A DNA stretch of 58,011 nucleotides, filler included, from Sphacelaria rigidula (GCA_964200075.2; 9 parts of 9 records of this genome joined end to end with filler, not necessarily neighbours in it), one strand, 5' to 3'. Shown: positions 37,869 to 50,939, counted from the first letter of the whole stretch. The notes: generated by a model from the sequence alone, not told the origin. Made by a program: numbers and translations.

Positions 37869-38321
37869 CCGAATCAAGTGCTCGTTTACCCGACGTGCCC
37901 CTCTTCAAATATCCATATCTCGAGATTGCGGACGCTGACTCGAAATCTAAATGGATCGTTCGAACCGCCTGATTCATGGCTGTCTATTTGAAGTGGTCCT
38001 ACGATTTGATGCTAGAAAATGGGTTCGAAAAAAGTATTCCCCCTTTAAAACATAGTGCTCGTTTTCGACGTGCGCTACCGCAACTTGTGTTTGCTTTCTG
38101 CATATGCGACCGGCACCTGACAAAAGCTACACTCTTCAAGTTTTATTTGATGATCCAAGTCACGTACGTGTTGCGATGATATACATATAATAGTGTCTAC
38201 AGCGACCTTGAAGCTTTTGGTAGCGCTGAAAAACAGGTCTTTGTTGTGGAGGGGGGCACTTGTGTGAAGATTTGTTTTCCCATACATTTACTTCTACTGT
38301 ATGAACTATACGCCACCGTAA

Positions 38322-38642
38322 TAGTACGCTTCGGGTCGAACAACCTTAGCAGGATGCAGGTACCCCCTTATGCAACTCGCCGAACACATCAGGACGCTTC
38401 GTACTTGGTGATTGCAAACCTGGTCCGGCGAAAGCCCGGCGTGCTCTGTCCCGGCTTTGTAGGGATGCGAGGTCAATGGTCTTACAACTACGACATGCAA
38501 GATACTGAGTGCCCCCCCCACCCCCAAGTGGCGATACCAGAAAATTAAGCAACTCATTGTAGGCTGTCATCCAAATGCAAGAGAATCAGGAGGCGTCGGG
38601 CCGAACAATCTTGGCAGAATGCAGCTCACCCCTCATGCGACT
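38322..38642 (+). repeat. Head-to-tail pair of the oligo(C)-terminated repeat (38322-38526 and 38527-38642)
   Basis: The first copy ends gagtgCCCCCCCCACCCCC and is followed immediately by a longer copy that runs into the contig end. Confidence 0.8.
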
Positions 38643-38742
38643 NNNNNNNNNNNNNNNNNNNNNNNNNNNNNNNNNNNNNNNNNNNNTTAATTAATTAANN
38701 NNNNNNNNNNNNNNNNNNNNNNNNNNNNNNNNNNNNNNNNNN

Positions 38743-41700
38743 TCGGATTCACGTTCCCAGGGCGCTCTCGGAAGGTTTTGCCAGTGGGTTTTGTACATGA
38801 CATCAATCTTTCCTCCTCGACCGCGGATGATCTAGTGACCAGAGATATGGGACACGGCGACGCGAAGGGATTGTTCCGTCACGTCGTCCGTCGTAACGTA
38901 AAAAGGCGGTGACTTGGTCGAGTAGCTGTCAAGCACGTACTGCGTAAGACCAGCAGGAAGATATTTGGGCATGTCGCTAGTGTCATGCGGATTTGTGCGA
39001 GGTTCGCAACGGTGCACATAGACACGAGATTTAGCGTCATGTTCCTGATGATCGCGAGGGAGTTCGAGGTGAAGAAGTTTGTCACCAACAGACTTGCCAT
39101 CAGGTGACGATGGCGAGGGCCTTACGGCCAGAATCTTGAACGGTTTCGTCGAGGTAAGGGATAGCTTAGTCTTCAAGACTGTCTTGCTGGCGGCTCTGTC
39201 GGCGCCTTGGCGGATGGTCGATAACCTGTTGCAAGCCCAGATCAATCGCCAACCTTCCAAGTAGAGCGTTTGTGCATCAAATTGTAGAGAGCATTATTAG
39301 ATATCTCAAGGCGCGAAGCGTTGATAGCGTGTTGTTCACGCACGAGAGTGAAAGCTTGACGCTGGCGTGCACGCGCCAGGTCGTGGTAAGATATCTAATC
39401 CTGATCCAAGCCTTGGTGGCCATTCAAGGTGTACCTCTCAAACACGGTGATGGGCAGACGGGGGGAGGGGCCGAGATGTAAGTCGTTCGGAGAGAGACCG
39501 GTAGCAGCGTGTTGACGATCCTTGACTGCCATAGAAAGCATCTGGGCCATGGTGTGGTTAACTCTTTCAGTATCACCGGTACCATTAGGATGGTGAGCGC
39601 TCGTGGCTATTTTGCGAATGCCCAGGAGCGAATACAGTTCGTCCGAGAGATCGGAGCAAAATTGCTGACCATTGTCAGAGAGAAGTTGTTTCGGGCAACC
39701 ATAGAGCTTGATATAGCCGCGAACTAAGATGTTAGCCGTGCCTGCTGCTGTGAAGACTCCAGCGGTGACTGCGTACACGGACGCATGACGGCTGAAACGG
39801 TCGGTAAAGAGTAAGATGTAGGTGTTGGCACGGTCAGTGGTCGGTGAAGGACCGAAGTAGTCGAAAGACATGAGGTGACCAGGAGCGTTGGGAAGTGCCA
39901 TTGAAATGGCTGGCCAACGTATTGTCTGCCGTGCAGTTTTGCGAGCTTGACACTTGAAGCATCGCCGAATCCAGAGGCGGGTGGACACTTCCATACCGAT
40001 CGACCAGTAGAAACGTTCGAGTGACGCTAATGCGCGCGTGACACCAAGGTGGCAAGACAGGTCAGTGTGGCAGCCTTTCATTACCCACGGTCACATCAAA
40101 TATGAGACATAAACCCGGGTGGGTTCATCGTCGAGTAGCCGTGCATGGCGTCCAGTGATCGCGGGTGAAGTTACACCCGGCGAGGGCGTAGGGCGGCGGA
40201 CAAGCTGGTGAATACCGTCATCAGTTGTGAAGGTAGTACCTTTACGTGCGAGTTCGTACACCTCAGAGGCGTTTGGTGGTGGCAGTGTACCAACCGGGGC
40301 CAGACCATTGACCGGGATAAGGGCGGGGCAACCAGCATGGACGTACCGCATGGTTGCGCGGCATAATGGTTTTGCTTATTGTTCATGAGCCCAATCACGG
40401 TGGGAGTACCTGACGAGGAACCCGCGCAGTTGGCTTTCCGCCGGAGAGCCGACCAGACATGGTTGCTCAGGAAGCGGTGAAACAGGCGACGGGGCGGAGG
40501 TGCCAACGTCGATATGTACATCGGGATCATCAGAAGGGGTGGGCACTGCCGGTGCCGCGGAGGGCGGCGTTGTCGAAGTAGTGATTGCCGGAGAGCGTGC
40601 TAGGCGTATGTTGTGAGAATCGCGCGTGGCGGATGTTGCCAAGGCTCGTGGTGCGCTGTTGCGGGGAGCCGGTGCTACGCTGTTCGTGGAAGCAATAGGT
40701 GTTATCGGTTGCGGCGGGGCGCGGGCAGGGTTGGCGCGGGCGGCAAACAGAGAGCGCGTATTGACGGAAATGAGATGGACAACTGGAGGTGGGGGAACTG
40801 AAATATTTGCGCAAGGGCCGATAATGCGGAAATCGACGAAATTGGCGTTGGCGTGCTTTAGCCCGTCGAAGACTGCATATTACGGTAGGGGGCGAGGGCC
40901 GCCCATGTGCATACCCGTCTCTGGGCAATGAAGGTCAAGCGCGTAAATGGGCGTCGAGAAACGCCGGATAGGTTACACGCCTCTTTTATCGGGTCCAGTC
41001 AGTGGGCAAGCTAGGCTGAAGTTTACAGCCGTTGGAGGAAGGGGCAGGCGGGAGAGAAGGTCAGCATTCCCATTGATTTTACCTGGGTGGTGTTCGACAG
41101 TATACTGATAAGCTGACAGGAACTCAAACCAGCGTTGCACCATAATCAGACTATGTTCGCCAACCTTGGCGACTTGTTCAAGTGCTCCGTGATCCGTGTA
41201 GATTTGGAGAGGCACGTGGAACAACTATTGTCGGTCGCGCTTTGAGGCCCAAGTGATGACTCCGCCTTCCAGCTCCAGTGGGCTCCAGTTGGCCTCGTTT
41301 GGTCGGGTGGCGCGACTGATACACAGGATGGGTCGAACAGAGCCATCGAGTTGAGGCTGATTCAGGACCGCGCCAAACCCGTCGGTGCTGGTGTCTGTGT
41401 AGTTAAACGAGGCGAGAGCGGTCTTGTACTGCATCCCAGTCTGGGAAACAAAGGACCGGTTTGTCGGTGAGCGTTTTCAACCAATCCTGAACGATAACTT
41501 CCATGTCTTTGGTGAAGACAAATGCGGCGCCTTTTTCAAGCAAGCCCGTCATGGGGCGAATCCGTTTGGACAGGTTAGGCACAAAATTGCGATCGTAGGA
41601 CAGTTCACCCAATAATGAGCGGAGCTGAGTAATGTTCGTGGGCATCGGCAATTCAGTCATTGCTCTGACTTTGTTGGTTTCCGGGTGTAGACCCGCCGGT

Positions 41701-42630
41701 GAAATTGAGTGTCGCAAGAAATCCAGTTCAGTCGCGCCAAGGCGAGCTTTGGATGGCGACAGTTTCAAATCGTGCGTCCGTAGTTGAGAAAGAAACTCTC
41801 GTAAGGTGCGCACATGCGCAAGAGAGGAGGCATCGAAGGCGATAGCGTCGTCTTAGTACATGATGGCGTGTTCGACATTCTCTGTAACGCCTTGCATCAA
41901 GCATTGGAAATAACCTGATGCAGTGACGGCGCCTTGTTGCATACGGAGCTATTCGTCGTAGAGCCCGGAAGATGTACAGAACGCTGTCAGTGGGACTGTG
42001 TCAGGGTGCATGGCATTCTGGAAATATCAAGGAGCGAGTTCGAAGGAACTGAATATATTTTGCCTTCGCCTAGAGAGTCGAAGACTTCATCTATGCGAGG
42101 AATTGGAAGTTTCCCCATCACAGTAACGCGGTTCAGCCGTTGATAATTCACGGTGATCGTGTGTTTCCATCCTTTTGGGGGGGACCTACCACCAAGGGTG
42201 AGACCCATGAAGAAGATGATTTATGGATTAACCCGGATCCTAAGTACGCATCTAAAATGGCGTTTACTCTTTTGGTAAGGATGGGGTTCGTCCGATATGG
42301 TCGACAAAAGATTGGCGAAACGCCAGGCTGAAGTGTGATTTTAGAGGGCAGCGTTTTGCAATGCCCCAGTTCCGTTTTGGATTAAGAAAACCGGTCTTGG
42401 CACTCTAGTAAAACATCGCTCAATTCTTGATCACAGCGGGTTCCCAACCGGGCCCATGTGGGTCAAAGTTGCTATCACGTAAATGGGATGGAAGTTGATT
42501 CCACGTGTGCAAGAAACTTCTCCAAGATTCTGGTGATGGGCGTTGGAGCAGTCCGGCGGGAGGGGCGGAACTTGACGGTACAGGGTCCACGGTGTGGATA
42601 TGTGATGGAGGCGAAGAGGTTACGTCGAAG
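38743..42630 (-). mobile_element. pol: Decayed Ty3/Gypsy pol (RT, RNase H, integrase, chromodomain-like tail), same family as 1-6357
   Basis: The RT is closely similar to 5400-6357. RNase H motifs YTDTSTDGFGAVL, ELEGG, IYTDH and NADLLSRL; integrase HHCC (CHTDLSCHLG..CFKCQ) and core FDYFGP, TDRFSR, LSDNGQQF, TERVNHT; C-terminal ISGH*IIRGRGGKIDVMYKTHWQNLPRAPWERES. Confidence 0.93.
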
Positions 42631-43489
42631 CAAGGTAATCGATTTTACCCGCACCAATTTCCCCGCAGGTGCATGATGGTTGATTGTACCCTGAATGTGA
42701 CGGTCAAACAGGGGAACTATGGTCACGGGTAATTGTCGGGTATTTCGGTGCTTTGTTTCACATAAGGGCATGATGAAACAGATAAGTTGGAAGGATGCCA
42801 AACCATGAAAGAGTGTGGCTATGATTCGACGCATGAGGAAGCGATTGTGTGGTGGATTACTGGCCCGAGATGTGGACTGTGGATCAGGCTGAAAGGTGGC
42901 GCTGTGAATCAACTGGAGTGTGGTATATCATGTGTTTGAGGTACGTTGGCTAGGTGCATTTTCGGTCATGGGAAGTTATGCTTTCATGGGCTTGATAAGA
43001 TTGATACGCAAACCCCCTTGCCCCACTCCACCATCTCCACCATCTCCATCATCTCCGCTTTTCTCTACCTTGCTCCCCTCGACTTCAGCTTCTTGCTTCA
43101 CTTTTGTACTCCTGCTTCCACCGTCGTATTACGGGTTTCAGAAGTTAGTGAGTTTGTTGTGTTGAGCTTTGTGCATTGATTTCCAGGGTGATTGAGCATA
43201 TTTGGTGTCGAGCATATTTGTGTATTGGTTTTCTGGTGTTGAGCCTTCAGTGATATAATAATATATAATAAGAACAATTGTGTGCATTTTTCTCCCAGTT
43301 TGTTTTTGTATACGGACCTGCTGTGCTGGCCGTGACCAGCTGCACCGCAGAGTTTGTATCGTGTCATCCCAGGCACGAGGTACGAAACTGCCCCTCTTCG
43401 ACGTACGCTAGCGTAAAGTCTCTTAGAGGGCTAGGTAGCCTAGGGGCGCGTTTGGGGTTTTTTATTCCCTTCAGAGATTGGAGTTTAGG

Positions 43490-44797
43490 ATGGATAACCC
43501 GAGATTCGAGGCCCTGCCTCAAGAGCAGAAATCCATATTCCTCGAACTGTTGGAGCTAGAAAGACGTCGAAATGAACAATGCATGACTGAGGCGTTGATT
43601 AGGCAGAAAGAAGCTTTTGTCACTGAGGTAGCTGAAGAGAGAAACCGTGGCCTGGAAGAGGCGATTCAAGCAGATAGAGCTGAAACCCTTCGGCAGGGAC
43701 CCCCAGCACCCCCCCAACAGCAAGTACCTTTCAACAATATTTCCGCCCAGATTGGACATCCCAATACGTTCAGATTACGCACAGGTAGCTCGGTCTCCCC
43801 TTGGGACGGTTCCACAAGAAGAGGCGAAATCCTTAGTGAAACATTCAACGTATTTAAAGTACAGATGGAGAATCTGTTCAGACAGGAAAACTGTTTGTTT
43901 GCATTATCGACTGTCCTCCCCATCAAGGTGCATTCAGAGAGTGAGGAATCACTAAAAATGAAGTTCAATGTAGGAGAAGTGGACCGGGCAGTGAGGGCCT
44001 GGAGCATCTTGTTCGAAAAGCTAGTGTACCCTCCTTTAGTAGAGCAAGTCACGATGCTCGGTTCGCCAAGTGAAGCTTGGAAGCATATCGTGAGACACTA
44101 CGAAACCCCTGCTAGTACTGAAAAGACGAGACTTGAGATGGAGTGGACAAGCTTACAGATGAGTGCTGGAGAACAGCCCAACATGTATTTCAATAGAGCG
44201 AAACTAATTAGGCACAAGAGAGCGAAACATGGGATAATTGTGACTGATGCTGATTCATGCAGGCATTTTGTGCGTCGTTTATCCTCGGAATACGATGTGC
44301 AGAAGAATACACCTTTAGGAATAGAGGACCTTAATCTTGATGTTGTAGAGCGTGTTGTGTCAGTGGCTCATGGAGATAATGAACTGGCGCGGGCAAGGTC
44401 AGCAGATGCGCAGCAGGGCAGCGCCCTTGTCGCGGCAACCAGTGGTGGTCGTGGCGGCGGAACGCAGAGTTCATAAAACTCGCGATCTACGGGAGGAACA
44501 AGACGTCGTCAACCACAACCACGACAGAATGAGGTATACTGCAACTACCATAACACGCACCAACACGATAATTCAAACTGCCCCGCTCGCCGCGGATTGC
44601 ATGCTCATGGGAACCGCGGCGGCAAAGGGGGGTGGTATACTTCGCCATACCCCGAGGCCTTCGGGGAGCGGGGCATTCAGGGACAAGGACAACAACAGCA
44701 GCAGCCCCACGGACAGCAGCAGCAACTCCAGGGACTGCAGCAGCAAAGACGGCAAGAAAGGAGAGGACCACGATGTTGGAATAATTCGTGGTCGTAG
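43490..44797 (+). pseudogene. gag: Ty1/Copia-type gag (UBN2/Retrotran_gag_2-like) with an in-frame stop at 44474, truncated before pol
   Basis: AWSILFEKL..SPSEAWKHIVRHY..KTRLEMEWTSLQMSAGEQPNMYFNRAK..RRLSSEYD. It continues in frame into CNYHNTHQHDNSNC, a Q-rich stretch and a broken RCWN knuckle. Confidence 0.8.
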
Positions 44798-45639
44798 GCA
44801 CTGTGCACGACAGGCCAACTACTGTTCAGCGAACAGTAGTGTGCAGAGGTTGCACCCTGATCGTGAAATCAGTTGCTTCCGCAGCGTAGAATGAAAGAAG
44901 TAGGCCAGATGGTTGATTGGGCTCTTATGCGGCCAATAAAAACTGGAATGCACAATTCCTTTAGAAAGCAGGAACTGGGGTGATGAAGGAGAGTGACCTG
45001 GGAGGGCGGTGGAAACCACCAGCTCCGTCCCTCAATCCTTGAAACCCAAAACAGAGCTTCTACACGTACGTAGACGAAAACGCTTCCGTGACACTTGCGN
45101 NNNNNNNNNNNNNNNNNNNNNNNNNNNNNNNNNNNNNNNNNNNTTAATTAATTAANNNNNNNNNNNNNNNNNNNNNNNNNNNNNNNNNNNNNNNNNNNNC
45201 GAGGAGCTTCCTCTCTGTCGTTGCTTCTCTCTCTGATGATATCGTCATCGACACGCGTGTACACCGCATTTCGTTGGGTGCACCTAGCCAGAGTTGCCTA
45301 ACCCTTGGACCGCGGTGCACGTAGTCCATGTGGACCACGCGTGTACTTTTTCCAAGTGAATATTGCTGCCGATTCAGCAGGTGACCTACTCTCGCGGTCT
45401 GACGGTCACGTCCTCCTGCGGAGTTTGGGGGGGGAAGATACTTTCGCTCTGTGTTATTTTTTCGTATCTTCCCTGCAATAGAGAAATGCGACTTCAGCCC
45501 CATTTTAGTGTTGAACCCCAAAATTTAAAATCGGCTGTTACTTCCATGACTACGAACTAGTTCTTACAAATCCGAGGACGCAACTTTATGGTTGTAACAT
45601 GCTTGGGTTAAGTGTGGATAATCATCTTCGAATTTTCAC

Positions 45640-46350
45640 GAGGTTTGCGGTCTCGAAGACTCGTCCCGCGTGCGCAGCACGTCGTTCGGGTGAGAGGTAC
45701 CCGGTCGAGCTCTTTCAGCGCACACATTGCCGTGGGCGCTCTAGCCCCCCCCCACCTTTGCCCGAAGTGTTTCGGTTTGCCTTGGTCGGGCGTATAGGTC
45801 ACCGTTATCCTTCTGTGCTGATCAAATTGAAGATGTTCTCAACGATAAGTTTTCGCTACCAGGGTCGCCAGAATCGTCTGCTGTAGAGCGTGGCTCTCCT
45901 CAATTCCGCGCCACTAAATGTATCGATCATTGTTAAAAAATACGCAGTCTTAGTGCAGACCATCATATTCGACACCTTACCGACACTCCTTCCGAAGGAT
46001 TTGTCCGGCACGCTCAGCGTCAGCGCCCATCGAAGCTCAACAAACGCACCCCTTCGTCCAGGGTACAACATCATCCTCCTTGCCCGAGCTTTCTTGGTAT
46101 GCTTTGGGTTGAGATGTGGGTTGGGGTTAACCTCATGGTTTGACAAGAATGAGGTATAATTAACCACCGAGATTGAGCGCAGCGTTGGGGGAGCACCACT
46201 CCCACTTGAACCCTGTGCACATGTTTGGTCCACTCGTGATTTGACGAAGACAGCGCAAACTCGCTCAGTAAAAGGTCGCCTTGCACAGTTTTTCCCGTGC
46301 ACAACGTTCGTTTGCTGTGGTAAAGCCAATGGCGACCCCTTCGGGATCAA
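45640..46350 (-). pseudogene. Probable tyrosine-recombinase remnant of a DIRS/Ngaro- or Crypton-type element
   Basis: The ordered motifs TNVVHGKNC, TLRSI, NP, TAYFLTMIDTFSGAEL, QTIL, KHFG and MCALKELDR resemble the YR ORF of DIRS-like elements, from memory. No HxxR motif was found. Confidence 0.4.
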
Positions 46351-46827
46351 ATGTCGAACACTTCGGTGTCCGCCTACTCACCGCGTTTGGTGTCGCAGAG
46401 CCCCAAAAGAAGGACAGACGCAATTGCCGCCTTCATTCTCGTGCGATCGCGTGCTAGCCAGCACAAGTGATGTTCGTGTAGGAAGCTGATGTTCCGATGC
46501 AGAGTTCACAAGGGTCGTGATTCCTCGACAGTGCACCGAAGACGTGAAGAGAAACGAGACGGGGACAACACGGAGGGGCTGTGAAGTACAGGCGGAAACG
46601 CTTGTGAGAGAAGTGCGATAAATGATTACCGTTCCACAAGTTAGTACATCGCCGTTTATTTTCGACGGACGTGCATCACCAAACTTGTACGATCCGCGTT
46701 TTGGCTCGATTAAAAAAGTGGTCGAGGGTCATCCTGAAGAGCCGACTAGGCACTTCTTTTACGTTCGCAGGGCGGTTCCAGCTCCCGACGACATCAGCCA
46801 AACTGTGCTTCCGAAAGGAGATCGCTA

Positions 46828-47177
46828 CACACGCGGTCATTTGGCTACCCCCAAACTTCCTTCAGGTCGGTCAAATTTTCGAGCCTGCAGAGGAGTTAAA
46901 CGCCTCCGGAGGGGTGCGCGGTCCTCCAGAGGAGATGTTCGGTTGCCTCCAGAGGGATCAAACGCCTCCGGAGGCTTGTTTTTCCTCTGGAGGGCCGCGT
47001 ATACCCCCGAAGGCATTTTGCTACCCCCAAACTCCCCCGGAGGGGTGCGCCGCCCTCCAGGTCGGTAGTGTTTGATTTCCTCCAGAGCGATTGAAGGCCT
47101 GCGGAGGCTTGTTTTCCCTCTGGAGGGCCGCGCATCCCTCCGGAGGCATTTTGGGGGTAGCCAAATGGACGCGTGTG
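46828..47177. mobile_element. Tc1/mariner-type MITE, 350 bp, TA target duplication
   Basis: TA|CACACGCGGTCATTTGGCTACCCCCAAA ... TTTGGGGGTAGCCAAATGGACGCGTGTG|TA, with internal cctccggagg repeats. Confidence 0.88.
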
Positions 47178-47280
47178 TAAGAGCAGTACACAAACTTCAG
47201 AAGTCTGTTCTAGGCGAGTATACTACCAATTGCTCCCATGTACGTGTACCGTGAAAGTTCGAGTGGTTGCATAGGTCGGG

Positions 47281-47379
47281 GTGATCGCATTGGTCGCAGT
47301 GATCACAGTGGTCGAAGTGATCGTCTTGGTCGAAGTGATCACATTGGTCGGAGTTATCACATTGGTCGGAGTTATCGCA
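47281..47379. repeat. 18-bp minisatellite (gtgatcacattggtcgga-like), ~5.5 copies
   Basis: Visible directly in the sequence. Confidence 0.9.
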
Positions 47380-48439
47380 CCCCTGTGCAATACAAATCCA
47401 AGTAGGTAATCATTTGAATTGGTTTTTGCACAGGGGTCCTACTTTCGGCGTGATGTTGCGTGCTGTCGCGTGTGGCCACGGGGTACATGCTGAGCAGCAA
47501 CGCTTTGCCGTATAATATTTGTTTTTCTCGTCGTATACCATCGGGGGTTCCCTGCCGTGTGCGGTGCAGCTTCACACGTAGAAGTTAAGAAGTCTCCGCT
47601 GAATTGGTAAACTGTAGCCAAACTTAACCAAGCACACGCATTGCAACCTCAAACCTACCGATAATCAAGAAATATACCGGAAGGCGTATTTGATGACTTG
47701 TAGCAGGCGGCCGCGTCCTTCTTTAACCCTTTTGCTATACTGGCAATGGAAAGAGCTGATTCCGAGGTGCTTCTTTTTTAGCAATATATGACTGATAGTT
47801 GTTTGCAGCTTCCGGGGACCACTATTGTGCCCAAGGCGTGTTTTTCGGACCCGCGACCGCTTCCAACTGGCGGTGAATCGCGTAAATACTGTAATGCACC
47901 TCAATCCTTCCACGTGTGGTGAGGGGATTTCTGTGTGCTCGGCCATACAACTTTGTTCCAGTGATGTGACTTAGTACGCTTGCCAAGTTTTGGGCGAGTA
48001 CGACCTCCGGACTGCAGCAAAGTACCCCGGTGGGTGCGTCACCTGTTTGAATGTGTGCCGCGCAGTGCCACCCCGGACTAAATATATAGAACATATAGAG
48101 GTGGTGCTGGTTTTTGCTGTGTGGAATTCACAGGCTGCGGTGCTGGTGTATTTGCTGTGTGCACAAAGTTGAACATACTTGACCCGTTGGGTCCCCTCAT
48201 CTTCGATAAAACTAATCCGACCGCACCGGGGCGACATTTTTGGTGCGAGCATGACGTTTGTCGATGGATTCTTCTGTGGCCTTCCGCCGTAAAAATGGTT
48301 GTTGTCTATTTTCTTCTCCCGTCTTTTCTTATTAGTCAGGCCTTGAAACAATGAGGCGTCTCGACCGGGGACGGAAGGGGAGGGTTCCTAAAGGTTTAAC
48401 AGCGAATTCCCGAAATGGGGTTGGACAAAACTGTGACGC

Positions 48440-48787
48440 TCAACTCAAAAGCAGTGCTTACTTCCCTGACCTAAATTCATGGCAAATGACTTTCATATGG
48501 ACGACCTCATCCCTCCCGATCTTCCTTAAACTATTTCGGGGGATTTCTAGCCTGCTGTTCCCCCAAAGAGTATGTGCGAAGAAAGCAGATTATTTTTGCC
48601 TCGATTTCGGGGTGAAAAAAGGGACGCTTTTTGACCCCAAAATCGTGCTTTCGCACATACCCTTCGGGGAAATGGAAGGCTAGGAATGCCCCGAATTAGT
48701 TGGAGGGAGGTCGCGAGGGATGATGTCGTCCATATGAAATTCGTTTGCCATGACTTTAGATCAGGGAACGCACTGCTCTTGAGTTGA
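48440..48787. repeat. Foldback / MITE-like near-palindrome of ~350 bp
   Basis: Arms 48440-48580 and 48650-48787 are reverse complements, and an inner stem lies at 48603-48647. Confidence 0.85.
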
Positions 48788-49365
48788 ACCCCATCTTTTT
48801 GTTCAACCTCATTTTTGAGAATCCGCTGTCTTTGGGAACCGGATTCCCAGAATGAACATACATGTAGTTTGCACCCAGGGGCCTTTTTGAGAATTAGCAT
48901 AATTTTTTACGTGAAACGACTGAAAGCGATGCCGATGAATAAGAACACCTCTGCGTGCGAACCACCGAAAATAGTATCTCCCCCATATTGGGGGAATAAG
49001 ACTCCACCCACACCTTTTATTATGACCGATCCGATCCTGCATCGTTTTCTTAATTCGGGGGCCCACTCTGTTTAAATCGGAGACCCGTTATGGAAGTTTG
49101 CGAACAAAGTAAAGCCTGCACGTGTATCGTAGTGCAGGCAGTAGTTATATCCTCTGCATCATCTGCGTGCACCACCATGTACGTGCATCTGCATGAATAT
49201 AGCCTTGAACCCACCGTGAAGACGATGTAGAACTACAGACAATACCGACATCACCGCTGCCAAATGTGAGCCTGCGTCCTGTTGCTGCGAACAAACGATT
49301 GACCACCTCGTACTTACTACAGTGCGGGTTGTCATTATCCATGGGATGTCTCAGTAGAGATCAAT

Positions 49366-50470
49366 CCAGGGACCTTACAGAGTGGAATAGGGTTTACCCC
49401 CTCCCCCCGTCCGCGAGGTCAATGGCCTTATGACTATGGCATGCATGATCATGAGTACACCCGCCCCCCCCTCCCCAGAGGCGGTCGAGAATGAGGAAAA
49501 TCGAGAAATAATGGTGTCCAAAAACCTGTTTCTCCTTGTTTCTTCGCCTGAACACGGAATTGAACGGGACCTTCATCACCACGATGTTGGCCTGCACCCG
49601 AGCAGCCCCGAACCGAAGAGTTCGGGCATACCAGTTGCTCTAGCGGCCGCAAGGAAGAGGACTTGGCCCTTGGATGATGACGCTTCAGTCGAGGTGACCG
49701 CTGGAAAATGACTTTGGGGTAGGTGTTATGGTAGTGAGGTCGCAATGCTGGAGAAGGCCGCGTACTCAAGACGTGAACCCTAGGGCGTCCTGTTTGTCGA
49801 TGAAGGGAAGTGTACCACGAATCGTGCGTGTTGCTGAGTGACACCAGAGGTACACTAGTACTCTGACTTGACTGTATAATTCCAACCGGCATAAAAATGT
49901 TATGACAGTACTCCCATGATATCAATCAACTGTTGTGGATTATTCAACGATGATCACCTAGTGCCCGCGTAGGCAGTGCCCGCATTCGGACAAGTGTGTC
50001 GAGGGGCGATCGCCAAAGGTCGGCATACTGCACAGCGACACAGAGGTAGGAGCGACAAATTAGAATCCCGTGAAGATGGTGTCGCGAAAAAGTAGCCAAC
50101 AAATCACATTTCTGTATTCTTTCTTCATGCTGGTATAATATGTTCCAATAAAATTTGACTTCACGGTCGAAGAGGGAAAGGGGGTGCTGAACCCCTCTGT
50201 CAATGCAAAAAAAATATAAGGCAAGCATCGCAGAAGGAACGTGGATAACTAGAAAAACAAAACTCCGGTGCTGGCCTTCCTCCCGTGTGACGCTGGCTGG
50301 TGCGCCCACATGTACCGAAAGTTGTATACTGGCGTCCAGAGCAGCCCAGGCTCGACGTTGCTCAGCCAAGGCTCGACGAACCCCTACGACCTGCCGTGCA
50401 ACTGTAGCATGCCCAACTTGTGCACACGCCTGGCACAAGCCGGGAAAACCGTTCATGCACGTGCGACACA
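49366..50470 (-). mobile_element. Second, one-ended copy of the P-like TIR element at 29996-31338
   Basis: Starts CCAGGGACCTTACAGAGTGGAATA. The body is the reverse complement of ~30151-31335, including the SINE piece. Confidence 0.85.
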
Positions 50471-50506
50471 GACACGTGAACAAATAGCACCCTGTGGGGC
50501 ACGTCT

Positions 50507-50676
50507 ACAGGGTTCAGGGCAACTGTGCAGTGTTTCTCGCGGGGATCTAGCTGTAGGATTTGTTTTGCGCCCCACAAAACGTTTCGCAGGGTTTCAGGGA
50601 ATCTGTGCAGTGTTTCTCGCGGGGATTTGACTGTATGGTATTATTTTGTGCCACACAGGACACTTCACAGGGTTTC
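50507..50676. repeat. ~80-bp tandem duplication
   Basis: ctgtgcagtgtttctcgcggggat occurs twice. Confidence 0.85.
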
Positions 50677-50789
50677 GTCAATCCACGTAATGTTCATTGC
50701 TGTTAATATGCTGTGCAGTACTTTTGCGCACATACAATATGCTCGACTTTGCAGGGCGGGCGCAGTATTGACGAATAAACAGTTCACTT

Positions 50790-50861
50790 GTGACAGGGGT
50801 GGGTATCGAACTCGTACTCTAGTGATAGGGAGACGCAAACGCGTTGAGCATTGAACCACCT
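50790..50861 (-). mobile_element. Degenerate tRNA-like SINE head (Pol III A and B boxes)
   Basis: The minus strand has TGGTTCAATG ... GAGTTCGATACCC. No proper cloverleaf. Confidence 0.45.
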
Positions 50862-50939
50862 ATAACTTGTTGTTAGCGTGGGCATTATTTTTGGGTCATA
50901 ATGTAATAAAATAATAATATAATAATATAATAATATAAT

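Noticed and set aside
42630..43480. Copia LTR/PBS upstream of gag
   Set aside because: The position is plausible, but I could not identify a second LTR, clear TG..CA ends or a convincing PBS.
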